DNA of 64,000 nucleotides from Candidatus Nomurabacteria bacterium CG1_02_43_90 (GCA_001871765.1 MNVN01000015.1:52543-116542), one strand, 5' to 3'. Positions 18,664 through 28,212 are shown, counted from the first letter of the stretch. Numbers and translations are program-made. The notes: generated by a model not told the origin, from the sequence alone.

Positions 18664-18891
18664 ATGAAAAGGTGGGACTTGGTCGTACTTGACCAGAAAA
18701 TAGTCGAAGAAACTTTTGGGGAATGTGAGAGCTTTTTTGATCTCGAGTGGGGCCATGTTTATCGAGTAGAAGAAGCCTATTCTCTTATGGGAGCAGAGTC
18801 ATCGCTCCTCATTCAGAATGAAGACTACGCGGCAAAGTTTTTTCGGCGCGCAACGCCTGCTGAAATTGCGGCATCCAAAATTGCCGCGTAA
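18664..18891 (+). CDS. hypothetical small protein (75 aa)
   Basis: Good RBS (CGGGGAGATTACC before ATG), own terminator downstream. Confidence 0.5.
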   Translation: MKRWDLVVLDQKIVEETFGECESFFDLEWGHVYRVEEAYSLMGAESSLLIQNEDYAAKFFRRATPAEIAASKIAA

Positions 18892-18937
18892 AACCCGCAA
18901 ACGACAAAAACCCGTCGTTTGCGGGTTTTTGTTTTTT
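18892..18937. terminator. bidirectional intrinsic terminator between convergent genes
   Basis: cccgcaaacgac / gtcgtttgcggg 12-bp stem flanked by A-run and TTTTTGTTTTTT. Confidence 0.8.
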
Positions 18938-18957
18938 AAAACTTAAAAAAGTAAGTA

Positions 18958-19401
18958 TTACTCTCCTGCTTCAACCACTACCGTAAAGGTGACACGGTGT
19001 TTTTCAATGACCACAGGAATTTCGTAGGCCCCAGTTTCTTTAAGGGGGCGGTCAAGGATGACGTAGTCGGGGTTCATGTCAAGGTGTGTCGCGCGCTTAA
19101 GCTCGGTGAGTACTTCTTCTTTGTGAATGCTTGCAAAGAGGTGACCTTTTTCATTTGCCTTGCCATGGAGAGTCACCGTCGCACCGCTCAAGTTTTCAAG
19201 ATTTTTCATGAGCAGGTCGGTATGCACTTTTTTAAGTGTTGCATCCGTCATGATTTTTTTCTCAAGTTGTGCAAGTGCAGCAGGGGTAGCTACTTCGGCA
19301 AGTTTTTGGGCAACCAGGTGACGCCCGTAACCATCGGCAACTTCTTTTGTTTCGTATTTTTTACCAATGCGAGGGATATCTTTAAGGAAGAGTATTTTCA
19401 T
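18958..19401 (-). CDS. rplI: 50S ribosomal protein L9
   Basis: MKILFLKDIPRIGKKYETKEVADGYGRHLV matches L9 N-domain consensus. Confidence 0.9.
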   Translation of the reverse strand: MKILFLKDIPRIGKKYETKEVADGYGRHLVAQKLAEVATPAALAQLEKKIMTDATLKKVHTDLLMKNLENLSGATVTLHGKANEKGHLFASIHKEEVLTELKRATHLDMNPDYVILDRPLKETGAYEIPVVIEKHRVTFTVVVEAGE

Positions 19402-19425
19402 AATTGATTTTTATCGTTTAGTTTT

Positions 19426-20673
19426 CTAATTTCTCTTAAAATTTGGGTCGGTTAATATTTCAGCTACTTTTTCCATTTGCGGATCACGTTTATTTTCAAA
19501 ATCTTTTTGTGTCATACCAACTTTTATATCAGGCTCAAGTCCGTTTTGAGAAATTGAGTGCCCGAGTGGAGTGAGCCAGCGCGCGATGGTAACTTTGAGT
19601 GCTGTGTCAGGCGTAATATCAATAAGTTCCTGGACGGAGCCCTTACCAAAACTCTTTTCACCTACAAGCTTTGCAACACCGTGTTCGTGAAGCGCACCCG
19701 CAAGAATTTCTGAAGCTGAAGCAGAACCTTCGTTAATAAGCACAGCCATTCTTAGGTTTTGATTAAAAACATTGTACCCCTTACTCCTTTCAAACTGTTG
19801 TTTTGCTCTTGTCCCACTATCCTCGATAACAACAGTCTTTCCCACTGGCAAAAAGTAGCTGGCCATGTCAGTCGCTGCCTCTAGGTATCCACCCGGGTTC
19901 CCTCGAAGGTCGAGTACTAGCTTGTCTGAACCAGAGAGAATAAACTCACGGAGGGCACCACGGAAGAGTTCGGGTGAATTTGCAGAAAAAGTATACAGAG
20001 AGATTACAAAAACGCCATCATCGCGAAGCTTGGTATCAATAGTAGGGATGTTGATGGTGTCGCGCTCAACAGGAACCTCGGTAATTTTATCGCCACGTTT
20101 TATCGTAAGGAGTACGCTTGTTCCTTTGGGCCCCCGTATGTGTTTAATGGCGTCATCTACGGTTAAACCGGCGGTAATAAACTTTTCAATTTTTATGATT
20201 TGATCCCCAGGTTTTAAACCTGCGCGTTCAGCAGGGGTTCCCTTGAGAGGCGCGATGACCGTAAGAACGCCGTCTTTTGTCGTAATCTCTACACCAATAC
20301 CCTCAAAGTCCCCGCGCACTTCTTCTTGGAAAATAGAAGTTTCCTTGGGCGGGAAGAATACCGTATAGGGATCACCATATTCTTGTGCTAACCCTCTAAT
20401 CGCTCCCCACACTTTGTCCTGATCGGTGGGTACAGAGGAAGATGCTGTTGTGGGTACGAATTTTTCATTAAGAGTGTCAACAGCTTTCCAGAAAGGCTTA
20501 AGGTCGAGGTTTCCCGAAGTTGTGGTGAGTTGGAGATCTCGGAGACCGGTAGTATCTACCACGAGTTCTTTTTCTTGTATCTGTTTACCTACGATAATTC
20601 CTGCACCAAAAGTGGCTGCAATTGCCACAAAAAGAACTGCAGTAATAGTAACTTTATTAAAATGGTATTTCAT
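19426..20673 (-). CDS. ctpA: S41 family C-terminal processing peptidase
   Basis: N-terminal TM, PDZ-like segment, LVLDLRGNPGGYLEAA and catalytic Ser/Lys region (SASASEILAGAL ... KLVGEKSFGKGSVQ). Confidence 0.85.
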   Translation of the reverse strand: MKYHFNKVTITAVLFVAIAATFGAGIIVGKQIQEKELVVDTTGLRDLQLTTTSGNLDLKPFWKAVDTLNEKFVPTTASSSVPTDQDKVWGAIRGLAQEYGDPYTVFFPPKETSIFQEEVRGDFEGIGVEITTKDGVLTVIAPLKGTPAERAGLKPGDQIIKIEKFITAGLTVDDAIKHIRGPKGTSVLLTIKRGDKITEVPVERDTINIPTIDTKLRDDGVFVISLYTFSANSPELFRGALREFILSGSDKLVLDLRGNPGGYLEAATDMASYFLPVGKTVVIEDSGTRAKQQFERSKGYNVFNQNLRMAVLINEGSASASEILAGALHEHGVAKLVGEKSFGKGSVQELIDITPDTALKVTIARWLTPLGHSISQNGLEPDIKVGMTQKDFENKRDPQMEKVAEILTDPNFKRN

Positions 20674-20754
20674 ACACTGTAGTATCGCAAAAGATTATGG
20701 TGCGGTCAATATTTTATGTTGAGTATTCCTAGTTAAGTATGGTACACTAGAAAC

Positions 20755-21672
20755 ATGATTTCGCGCTATACATATAAGGATCTTGTTTGGGTTGATGTAG
20801 AGGCTCCAACCTCAGAAGAAATTCGGGAGCTTATGGAAGAATTTAGTGTACACCCTCTTGTTGCAGAGGAGCTCCTGACGCCAACGCTTCGCCCTAAAGT
20901 AGACCTTTATCAAAATTTCATTTACTTAATTTTGCATTTTCCCATGATGTCCCACAAGCATGATGGTGGGAGCGAACAAGAGATCGATTTTGTTATTGGT
21001 AAAAATTATCTCATTACCACTCACTATGATCTTGTTGATCCACTTCATGAATTTTCAAAAGTATTTGAAGTAAATTCAATCCTTGAAAAATCAAATATCG
21101 GAGATCATGCCGGATTTCTCCTTTTCTATATTATGCGTGAGCTTTACAAAATGCTTGATCGCGAGCTTGACCATATCAACCATGATTTTAGTGACATTGA
21201 AGCAAAGATTTTTGAGGGAAAAGAACGTGATATGGTGAATGCAATTTCCCACCTCAATCGCGATTTACTCAATTTCAAACAAATTCTCCGTCCTCACAAA
21301 GAAGTTCTTGAGTCATTTGAAATTGCAGGTACTAAATTTTTTGGGCAAGATTTTTCGTATTACCTTCGTACTATTGTTGGTGAATACTACAAAATTTCAA
21401 CAATTCTTGATGGGCATCGTGAGACGCTCCTTGAACTCCGCGGTACCAATGATTCCCTTTTGACGACAAAGACCAATGACATCATTAAAACGCTTACTGT
21501 AACGGCATTTATTATTCTGCCACTTACGTTTATTGGGCAAGTTTTTGGTATGAGTATCCCCAATATCCCTCTTACGAATGACCCCAACGCTTTTTGGATC
21601 ATTACAGTCTCGATGGGCATCATTGGCTTTTGTCTTTTTGGATATTTCAAGTTTTTTAAAAAATGGATGTAA
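20755..21672 (+). CDS. corA: CorA-like divalent cation transporter (GMS variant of GMN loop)
   Basis: Soluble N-domain then two C-terminal TM helices with FGMSIPN between them; family-typical length. Confidence 0.7.
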   Translation: MISRYTYKDLVWVDVEAPTSEEIRELMEEFSVHPLVAEELLTPTLRPKVDLYQNFIYLILHFPMMSHKHDGGSEQEIDFVIGKNYLITTHYDLVDPLHEFSKVFEVNSILEKSNIGDHAGFLLFYIMRELYKMLDRELDHINHDFSDIEAKIFEGKERDMVNAISHLNRDLLNFKQILRPHKEVLESFEIAGTKFFGQDFSYYLRTIVGEYYKISTILDGHRETLLELRGTNDSLLTTKTNDIIKTLTVTAFIILPLTFIGQVFGMSIPNIPLTNDPNAFWIITVSMGIIGFCLFGYFKFFKKWM

Positions 21673-22997
21673 CCCTCTTCAACACTCTTACTCGTTCTCT
21701 TGAGAAATTAGAACCCCTCAATGCAGGAAACATACGCATGTATCATTGTGGTCCAACGGTCTATGACTATGCACACATCGGAAATCTTCGTGCGTACATT
21801 TCGTGGGATATCCTTCGTCGCACTCTTGAATATAGTGGGCTAGAAGTAACGCAAGTCATGAATTTCACTGATATTGATGACAAAACAATCAAGCGAAGTC
21901 ATGACGAAGGGGTTACTTTAAGGAAACTGACAAAAAAGTATGAAGATATTTTTCTTGCAGACTTACAACATTTAAATATAAAAATCCCTCAGTACTTACC
22001 GCATGCAACAGAGCATATTGGTGGGATGGTTGCTATCGTTGAGAAGTTGCTTCGTGATGGATATGCCTATACGACTGACGATGGGGTGTATTTCGATATT
22101 TCGAAATCAAAAGGATATGGCGCGCTTGCTGAGCTTGACCTTGAAGCAGGCACGCAGTCACGTATCGCGAATGACGAATATGACAAAAAGAATGCACGAG
22201 ACTTTGCTTTATGGAAATTTTGGACAGAAGAAGATGGTGGGAACGTGTTCGAGGCATCATTTGGTCGCGGACGCCCTGGTTGGCATATTGAATGTTCTGC
22301 AATGGCAATAAGTAAGCTAGGAGAAACGATTGATATTCACACCGGAGGTATTGACCTTCTTTTCCCCCACCATACCAATGAGATTGCACAGTCTGAAGCA
22401 TTTACAGGAAAACAGTTCTCAAAATATTGGCTCCATAATGAGTTTGTGATGGTTGATGGACAAAAGATGTCAAAATCATTGGGAAATATTATTACCTTGA
22501 GAACTATTATGGAGCGCGGGTTCTCACCCCTTGCTTATCGCTACTCGATACTGGGAACACACTATCGTGCAAAAGCAAATTTTACGTGGGAGGGTCTAGG
22601 GGGTGCCCAAACAGCGCTTGTACGGCTGGGTTCACACGTGGGGAGTAGTATGGGGAGGATTAATACTGACTACCAGGAAAAGTTTGGTCAGATTGTTGCG
22701 CACGATTTGGATACTCCACGAGCGCTTGCTCTTGCATGGGAGGTTGCAAAAGATACTTCCCTTTCAACCGCCGACAAGACGGCGACCCTTCTCGAATTTG
22801 ATAAAGTTCTTGGTCTCGGGTTTACCCTACAAAAAGAAGAAGCTGTACCTGGGGAAGTTCTTGTTCTTGTACGCAGTCGTGAAGATGCGCGTACAAATAA
22901 AAACTGGGTAACGTCTGACGAACTTCGCAATCAAATCAACGCTCTTGGTTGGGAAATTTTAGATACGGATAAAGGGCAAGAGATTAAGAAAAAATAA
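21663..22997 (+). CDS. cysS: cysteinyl-tRNA synthetase
   Basis: MYHCGPTVYDYAHIGNLRAY (HIGH), KMSKSLGN, zinc-site Cys/His residues. Confidence 0.9.
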   Translation: MDVTLFNTLTRSLEKLEPLNAGNIRMYHCGPTVYDYAHIGNLRAYISWDILRRTLEYSGLEVTQVMNFTDIDDKTIKRSHDEGVTLRKLTKKYEDIFLADLQHLNIKIPQYLPHATEHIGGMVAIVEKLLRDGYAYTTDDGVYFDISKSKGYGALAELDLEAGTQSRIANDEYDKKNARDFALWKFWTEEDGGNVFEASFGRGRPGWHIECSAMAISKLGETIDIHTGGIDLLFPHHTNEIAQSEAFTGKQFSKYWLHNEFVMVDGQKMSKSLGNIITLRTIMERGFSPLAYRYSILGTHYRAKANFTWEGLGGAQTALVRLGSHVGSSMGRINTDYQEKFGQIVAHDLDTPRALALAWEVAKDTSLSTADKTATLLEFDKVLGLGFTLQKEEAVPGEVLVLVRSREDARTNKNWVTSDELRNQINALGWEILDTDKGQEIKKK

Positions 22998-23310
22998 AAA
23001 AACACCTGAACCACCAGACTTACGCTCTAGGGCGTAGGTGGTAGCTGAGGTGTTCATAGCGCTCTATTTTAAGGCGTTAATTAAACAATTTTAATGTCGA
23101 GTTCTGCAAAAGTAGTTACGAGTTATTCATGGCTCTCCATCCAAATATCGCGAAATGAAATCAGAAAAATCGCAAAAAAGTCAATTTTCTAAGCCTTTCT
23201 CTTAAAGAAAACAAGTAAGTATGGTGTAGTTTGTTATCCCCCGCTTTTCCCCCATATTGCACACAGAGTCAAGTTCCCGAGGTCGTACCACCGTGCTACA
23301 ATAGACACCT

Positions 23311-24726
23311 ATGGCAAACAAAACTAATACCCCTGAACGACAGTTCAAAACGCGTGAGCTCCGTATCCCTCCTCAAAATATCGATACAGAAAAAGCACTT
23401 CTTGGTTCGCTCATGCTTCGACCTGAAGGAATATACGACGTCGGTGATATGATTACCCGGGAATCTTTTTATGTTGATAAGCATCGTATGCTTTTTGACG
23501 CAATGCTCGAGATTCATACACGACACGAACCAATAGACTTGCTCTCGGTGTCAACGCGCCTCAAAGAACGTGGTAAATTCGATAGTATTGGTGGCGGGAG
23601 TTATCTTGCTGAACTCGTTGATATGGTCCCCTCTTCAACGAATGTGAAACATTATGCAGAGATTATTCAAAGAAAATATATTTTGCGTTCACTCATTGAG
23701 GCAGCAGAACATATTTCTGAGCTTGGCTATAATGAAGTAGAACAAATAGAAAATGTGCTTGATGAGGCAGAAAAGAAAATTTACTCAGTTACCAACTCAA
23801 GTGTTTCTAAGAAATTTGTATATCTCAAAGACACTCTCGAAGAAGCATGGGAACGTCTCGACAAGATGCATAGAGAAGGCGGTGAGCTTCGCGGTGTACC
23901 ATCTGGTTTCCCCGCACTTGATACTCTTTTGTCTGGTTTTCAAAAATCTGACCTCATCATTCTTGCAGCACGCCCTTCTATGGGAAAGACAACACTCGCA
24001 CTCGATATTGCCCGTCAAGCAGCAACACAACATAACATCCCTGTTGGTATATTTTCCCTTGAAATGAGCACACAGCAACTTGTGGACAGAATGCTCTCTG
24101 CGGAGGCGCGCGTGAATGCTTGGAAACTCCGTACGGGGAAACTATCGCTTGACGAGGATTTTGAGAAACTTCGTGGATCCCTTGATCGCTTATCTAAAGC
24201 GCCAATTTTTATTGATGATCAGTCAGGAAATACGATTATGAAAATGAGGTCTGCTGCACGCAAACTCAAAAGTGAGCATGGTCTTGGTTTGATTATCGTT
24301 GACTATTTACAGCTCATGCATACGGCAAAAAGTCATGATTCTATGGTAAATCAGGTCACCGAGATCTCCCATTCGCTCAAGGAGCTCGCCAAGGACCTTG
24401 ATGTGCCTGTTATCGCCCTTTCTCAGCTTTCACGTGCAGTAGAGGCTCGTGGGGGCAAACCAAAGCTTTCTGACCTCCGTGATTCGGGCTCTATTGAACA
24501 GGATGCTGATATCGTTATGTTTATCCATCGTGAGGATAAAATGGATAAAAATGCTGACAAGACAAATATTGCTGAAATTTTGATTGAAAAGCACCGCAAT
24601 GGACCTGTTGGTTCCATTAACCTCTACTTTGACGAGGAGAAGTCAACCTTTATGTCTATCGACAAAAATAATTATGGTGAGAACGGGGGTATGCGTAATC
24701 CAGGAGGAAACTTTGATGATTTTTAA
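23311..24726 (+). CDS. dnaB: replicative DNA helicase
   Basis: N-terminal DnaB domain (IPPQNIDTEKALLGSLMLRPE), Walker A AARPSMGKTTLALDIA, Walker B LIIVDYLQLM, arginine finger region. Confidence 0.9.
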   Translation: MANKTNTPERQFKTRELRIPPQNIDTEKALLGSLMLRPEGIYDVGDMITRESFYVDKHRMLFDAMLEIHTRHEPIDLLSVSTRLKERGKFDSIGGGSYLAELVDMVPSSTNVKHYAEIIQRKYILRSLIEAAEHISELGYNEVEQIENVLDEAEKKIYSVTNSSVSKKFVYLKDTLEEAWERLDKMHREGGELRGVPSGFPALDTLLSGFQKSDLIILAARPSMGKTTLALDIARQAATQHNIPVGIFSLEMSTQQLVDRMLSAEARVNAWKLRTGKLSLDEDFEKLRGSLDRLSKAPIFIDDQSGNTIMKMRSAARKLKSEHGLGLIIVDYLQLMHTAKSHDSMVNQVTEISHSLKELAKDLDVPVIALSQLSRAVEARGGKPKLSDLRDSGSIEQDADIVMFIHREDKMDKNADKTNIAEILIEKHRNGPVGSINLYFDEEKSTFMSIDKNNYGENGGMRNPGGNFDDF

Positions 24727-24729
24727 AAT

Positions 24730-25341
24730 ATGAGTAGCATTGATAATCTCGCACAATTATTTATGAAGTTTCCGGGTATCGGAACGCGTCAAGCAAAACG
24801 CTTCGTGTATTTTCTCCTTGCGCAAGACCCCTATTTTGTAGAAAGTCTTGCGCGTGAAATAGCTGAGCTCAACAAATCAATCGCGCAATGTGAAAGCTGT
24901 TTCCGGTTCTATCCTCGTACGGGTGTAACAAATCTATGTAGTACCTGTGCGGAGGACGCGGACAACACTACCCTTCTCGTTATCGAAAAAGATCCTGATT
25001 TTGATACTGTAAAACGAAGCGGAAGCTACACAGGTAGGTATTTTGTTCTCGGTGGCACTATTCCTGTTCTCGAGCGCGACCCCTCTTCAAAAATCCGCAT
25101 TCGCGAGCTCCTTGCACGAATTGAGCGTGGTGCAGTGGACGGACTTTCTGAAGTCATTCTTGCTCTTTCCGCAAATCCTGAGGGCGATTTCACACGGGAG
25201 TATGTCGCAAAAACACTCACACCTCTTGCCGAAAAATTCAGCATTTCGATCACCACGCTTGGGCGAGGGCTTTCTACCGGTACTGAACTTGAATATTCAG
25301 ATAGCGATACACTGAAACATGCGCTGAAGAATAGAGGTTAA
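24730..25341 (+). CDS. recR: recombination protein RecR
   Basis: HhH FPGIGTRQAKR, C4 zinc finger CESCFRF...CSTCAED, Toprim LLVIEKDPDFDTV. Confidence 0.9.
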   Translation: MSSIDNLAQLFMKFPGIGTRQAKRFVYFLLAQDPYFVESLAREIAELNKSIAQCESCFRFYPRTGVTNLCSTCAEDADNTTLLVIEKDPDFDTVKRSGSYTGRYFVLGGTIPVLERDPSSKIRIRELLARIERGAVDGLSEVILALSANPEGDFTREYVAKTLTPLAEKFSISITTLGRGLSTGTELEYSDSDTLKHALKNRG

Positions 25342-25461
25342 CTTGTTGTTAAAAGTAATGAAAATGACCCAAAATTTGATTCATGGAATTCAGTTTTCTA
25401 TCACTACCAATGTTATTGTGATCTTGTCGTCGCATTAACAGCTGGGTAGTTGGATAGAAAA

Positions 25462-25490
25462 TAAAAAACCCGCATCGCTTGCGGGTTTTT
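25462..25490. terminator. bidirectional intrinsic terminator (recR / rplU convergent pair)
   Basis: aaaaaacccgca-tcgct-tgcgggtttttt. Confidence 0.75.
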
Positions 25491-25508
25491 TATTTGAGAG
25501 ATTTTAAT

Positions 25509-25835
25509 TTATTTAATCGCATCAATCATCACCTTCATGAAAGGTTGACGATGTCCGTTCTTTTTGAAATAACGTGATTTGTTGCGATAACGAATTACTA
25601 CAACTTTCTTTCCACGCCCTTCTTCAACGAGTGTTGCGTGAACGGATGCTCCCACAACTATCGGTGCTCCAATAAGGGTCTTTGAACCATCGTTAACTAA
25701 GAGCACTTGGTCAAAAACAATCTTGTCGCCAACCTTGGGTTCTCCGGGAAGCTTCTCAATAACGAGGGTTTCACCGGGAGCAACCTTGTACTGCTTTCCT
25801 CCTGTCTGTATTACTGCAAAATTCATAGTTCTCAT
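25509..25835 (-). CDS. rplU: 50S ribosomal protein L21; probable start at 25826 (MNFAVIQTGGKQY)
   Basis: AVIQTGGKQYKVAPGETLVIEKL matches L21 consensus. Confidence 0.9.
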   Translation of the reverse strand: MRTMNFAVIQTGGKQYKVAPGETLVIEKLPGEPKVGDKIVFDQVLLVNDGSKTLIGAPIVVGASVHATLVEEGRGKKVVVIRYRNKSRYFKKNGHRQPFMKVMIDAIK

Positions 25836-25923
25836 ATTGTACAGGAAAAAAAAGAAAATGCAAGTATTTGTGCGAATAAATGAAACTCTGGTATCCTTAA
25901 GCTCTCTTTTGAGATTATGGGTA

Positions 25924-25953
25924 TTGACAAAACAACATATTTTATATTATAGT
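25924..25953 (+). promoter_or_regulatory. sigma70-like promoter (TTGACA-N18-TATAGT) driving candidate sRNA
   Basis: ttgaca at 25924-25929, tatagt at 25948-25953. Confidence 0.4.
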
Positions 25954-25957
25954 AGAA

Positions 25958-26098
25958 ATGTTAGGGTGTTCTTGAGTCAAGGTCGTAGCATCTACGAGAT
26001 GCTACTGAGGACTCCACGCTAACACACTTGGGTTTTTATGTACTCACCCGCCCGGGAGCATCCCCCTTTTGCTCCCGGTTTTTTTATTCAAAATACCA
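25958..26098 (+). ncRNA. candidate small structured RNA (about 140 nt) of unknown family
   Basis: Promoter-like element upstream. Internal stems: gttagggtg/cacgctaac closing helix, cttg-agt-caag and gtagcatct-acg-agatgctac hairpins. Strong terminal hairpin ccgggagca/tgctcccgg followed by TTTTTTT. No ORF. Confidence 0.4.
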
Positions 26099-26103
26099 GA
26101 CTT

Positions 26104-27240
26104 CTAACCCTCAATGATTGGCTTTTCAATAAGAAGTGGGTCAATTCCTGCCGTTTCGCCTGCAATCTTTACCACGTCCTTGTCTACCTTTTTGAGTTCT
26201 TTGTAGGCAGTATTATAGTGGTTCACGGTTGTCCCAAGAGCATTCCCGAGCTTCTTCATATATTCTTCATATGCGGTCAGGTGTTTTCGAAGTTCTTCCA
26301 CGCGCCCAATAATGAGTTGCGCTGACTCTTCTATTTTAAATGCTCGAAAACCGTAGAGGACTGATTGTAAATATGCAGAAAATGTTGTTGGGGAAACAAT
26401 GATGACTTTCTTTTCGTTCGAAGCGTAGTCAATGAGACTTCGTGTGTTTACTTTTACTGAACCGACTTCATTGATAAGGAGGTCATAGTAGATACCTTCT
26501 GCAGGAATAAACATAAAAGCAAAGGGCAGAGTTCCCTCCTCGGGTCGTATGTACTTTGCAGTTTCATCAATACGTTTTTTGAGATCGTTGCGAAAATCTT
26601 TCTCAAGTTCCTCTTTTCGTATTTCATCAGTTTCATTCACAATACGGTTATAGTTGTCGAGAGAGAACTTTGCATCAACGGGAATATAGCCATCTTTGGT
26701 CAAAATGACGGCATCTACTGCATCACCATTTTTGAATTGATACTGAATCTTGTATGCAGTAGGAGGCAGAATATTCGAAAGAATGAGTTCGAGCGCCGCT
26801 TCACCAAGGTTCCCACGTTGCTTCTGGTGCTTGAGGACTTTTTCAAGGTTTTGTAACTGATCCGTAATACCGAGCACTTGTTTTGAAGTTTCATTTGCCG
26901 CGGTCATCTCCTTTGCGACACTGGTAAGGTTGCGTTCTACTTGCTCGTTGATTTCACGAATGAGGTTTTGAGATTCTGTAAATTGCATGTGTACGGCTTG
27001 TTGCATCTCTTTGTTTGAAGAGCCAACCTTAGCGTCAACCGTTTTCATAAAATCGCCAAGCTGTGCCTGGAAGTTTCCAAGCTGGTTTTGAATAAGGAGA
27101 AGGGCGTCACCTTGAGGGTCGCGCTCTGATGCCGGTTCTTTGTGTAAAAAGCTTATGGTAACAATCACCATAAGCGCTCCGAGAATAAGGACGATGAGGA
27201 TAAGTAGGGTTGATGACATATTAGATTCCATAAGCAGCAC
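26104..27240 (-). CDS. rmuC: DNA recombination protein RmuC
   Basis: N-terminal TM, long coiled coil, C-terminal RmuC nuclease-like domain (YIPVDAKFSLDNY ... FAFMFIPAEGIYY ... VIIVSPTTFSAYL). Confidence 0.8.
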   Translation of the reverse strand: MLLMESNMSSTLLILIVLILGALMVIVTISFLHKEPASERDPQGDALLLIQNQLGNFQAQLGDFMKTVDAKVGSSNKEMQQAVHMQFTESQNLIREINEQVERNLTSVAKEMTAANETSKQVLGITDQLQNLEKVLKHQKQRGNLGEAALELILSNILPPTAYKIQYQFKNGDAVDAVILTKDGYIPVDAKFSLDNYNRIVNETDEIRKEELEKDFRNDLKKRIDETAKYIRPEEGTLPFAFMFIPAEGIYYDLLINEVGSVKVNTRSLIDYASNEKKVIIVSPTTFSAYLQSVLYGFRAFKIEESAQLIIGRVEELRKHLTAYEEYMKKLGNALGTTVNHYNTAYKELKKVDKDVVKIAGETAGIDPLLIEKPIIEG

Positions 27241-27418
27241 TCATATTTGATAAAAATGCGGGGATTGCAAACATGAGCCCAATAAGAGGGAGGATAAAAA
27301 GTGCGAGGCTCCCGTAAAAAGTCCACATGAGGTACTTGCGCGTTTTTTCGGTGGCAATATTTATTTTTTGTAAAAGTTCATTTTGCTCTTGTATGCGTTG
27401 TAAAATTTCTTGTTCCAT
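27221..27418 (-). CDS. small membrane protein (65 aa), likely co-transcribed with rmuC
   Basis: Coiled N-part plus one TM helix; 20-nt overlap with rmuC start. Confidence 0.35.
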   Translation of the reverse strand: MEQEILQRIQEQNELLQKINIATEKTRKYLMWTFYGSLALFILPLIGLMFAIPAFLSNMSAAYGI

Positions 27419-27445
27419 ATGGTCATTGTACTACAGTGATGAGCA

Positions 27446-27480
27446 AAATAAAAACAGGTCGCCAATTTCTGGCGACCTGC
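27446..27480 (-). terminator. intrinsic terminator downstream of GGDEF gene
   Basis: caggtcgcca-atttc-tggcgacctg; on minus strand followed by TGTTTTTATTTT. Confidence 0.7.
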
Positions 27481-27483
27481 ATA

Positions 27484-27515
27484 GGTTTTTTATTTCTTTT
27501 TATTTCTTTTTATTT
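27484..27515. repeat. three tandem copies of a 10-bp unit (tatttctttt)
   Basis: ttttatttctttttatttctttttatttctttttt. Confidence 0.8.
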
Positions 27516-28078
27516 CTTTTTTGCTCGATTTGTCGCCTATCAGCGACCTGAAGCAACTCTTCTACCCCACCCTGTATCCCCTCAGATGTGCTTGCTACGC
27601 CCCACGACGCACATAAATACGTTAGGGTTCCTTGTTTATCAAACCAAAACTTGCTGAGTTGGTGCTCTATTTTCTTGCACACCGACACTGCTTCGTGATG
27701 AGTGCCTGGTATCAGAATACAGAACTCATCGCCCCCAAATCTCGCAATAATATCAGAGCTCCGTACGCAAACGGAAAGAAAATCCGCAAACTCAATGATC
27801 AAACGATCTCCCCGGGTATGATCCTTGTCATTTTCTTTTTTGAAATTATCAATATCAATAAAGACTATCGAAAAATGCATACCGGATCGCTTATACAAAC
27901 CAAGATGATGCTCAATTTCACGCATCAGCCTTTTTTTGTTAGCCAAACCCGTCATTATGTCCGTCTCCCGAGCTTTCTGTAACTCTTCAGTAAGCTCGGT
28001 CAGTTTTCTATAAAGGCGGAGGTTCTCCACCTGGAGTCTTGTTGCGAGTATTTGGTACTCGCATGTTTTTTTATTCAT
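27500..28078 (-). CDS. minimal GGDEF-domain diguanylate cyclase with short N-terminal coiled coil
   Basis: RFGGDEF active-site motif, DIMTGLANKKRL, FSIVFIDIDNFKKEND; 192 aa, no sensor domain. Confidence 0.8.
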   Translation of the reverse strand: MNKKTCEYQILATRLQVENLRLYRKLTELTEELQKARETDIMTGLANKKRLMREIEHHLGLYKRSGMHFSIVFIDIDNFKKENDKDHTRGDRLIIEFADFLSVCVRSSDIIARFGGDEFCILIPGTHHEAVSVCKKIEHQLSKFWFDKQGTLTYLCASWGVASTSEGIQGGVEELLQVADRRQIEQKRNKKK

Positions 28079-28132
28079 TTTCCCCTACCTACCTTTCTTT
28101 AAAAACTTTGATGTAAGATACCCTATTTAATA

Positions 28133-28170
28133 TTAGCACACTATATACATAAGTGTCAATAGTGTGCTAA
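28133..28170. promoter_or_regulatory. 11-bp perfect inverted repeat (16-bp spacer) in GGDEF/yqeY divergent promoter region
   Basis: ttagcacacta-N16-tagtgtgctaa. Confidence 0.45.
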
Positions 28171-28212
28171 AGACAGAGAAAGTTTATACTATAACGATAA
28201 TTATATAAATTT

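Noticed and set aside
25836-26103. Ribosomal-protein L21 5' leader or attenuator
   Set aside because: The promoter and T-run terminator are oriented on the plus strand, opposite to rplU. On the minus strand the hairpin lacks a U-tract.
27484-27515. Tandem 10-bp repeats as a possible CRISPR or minisatellite
   Set aside because: Only three short copies without spacers. They are kept only as a small tandem repeat.
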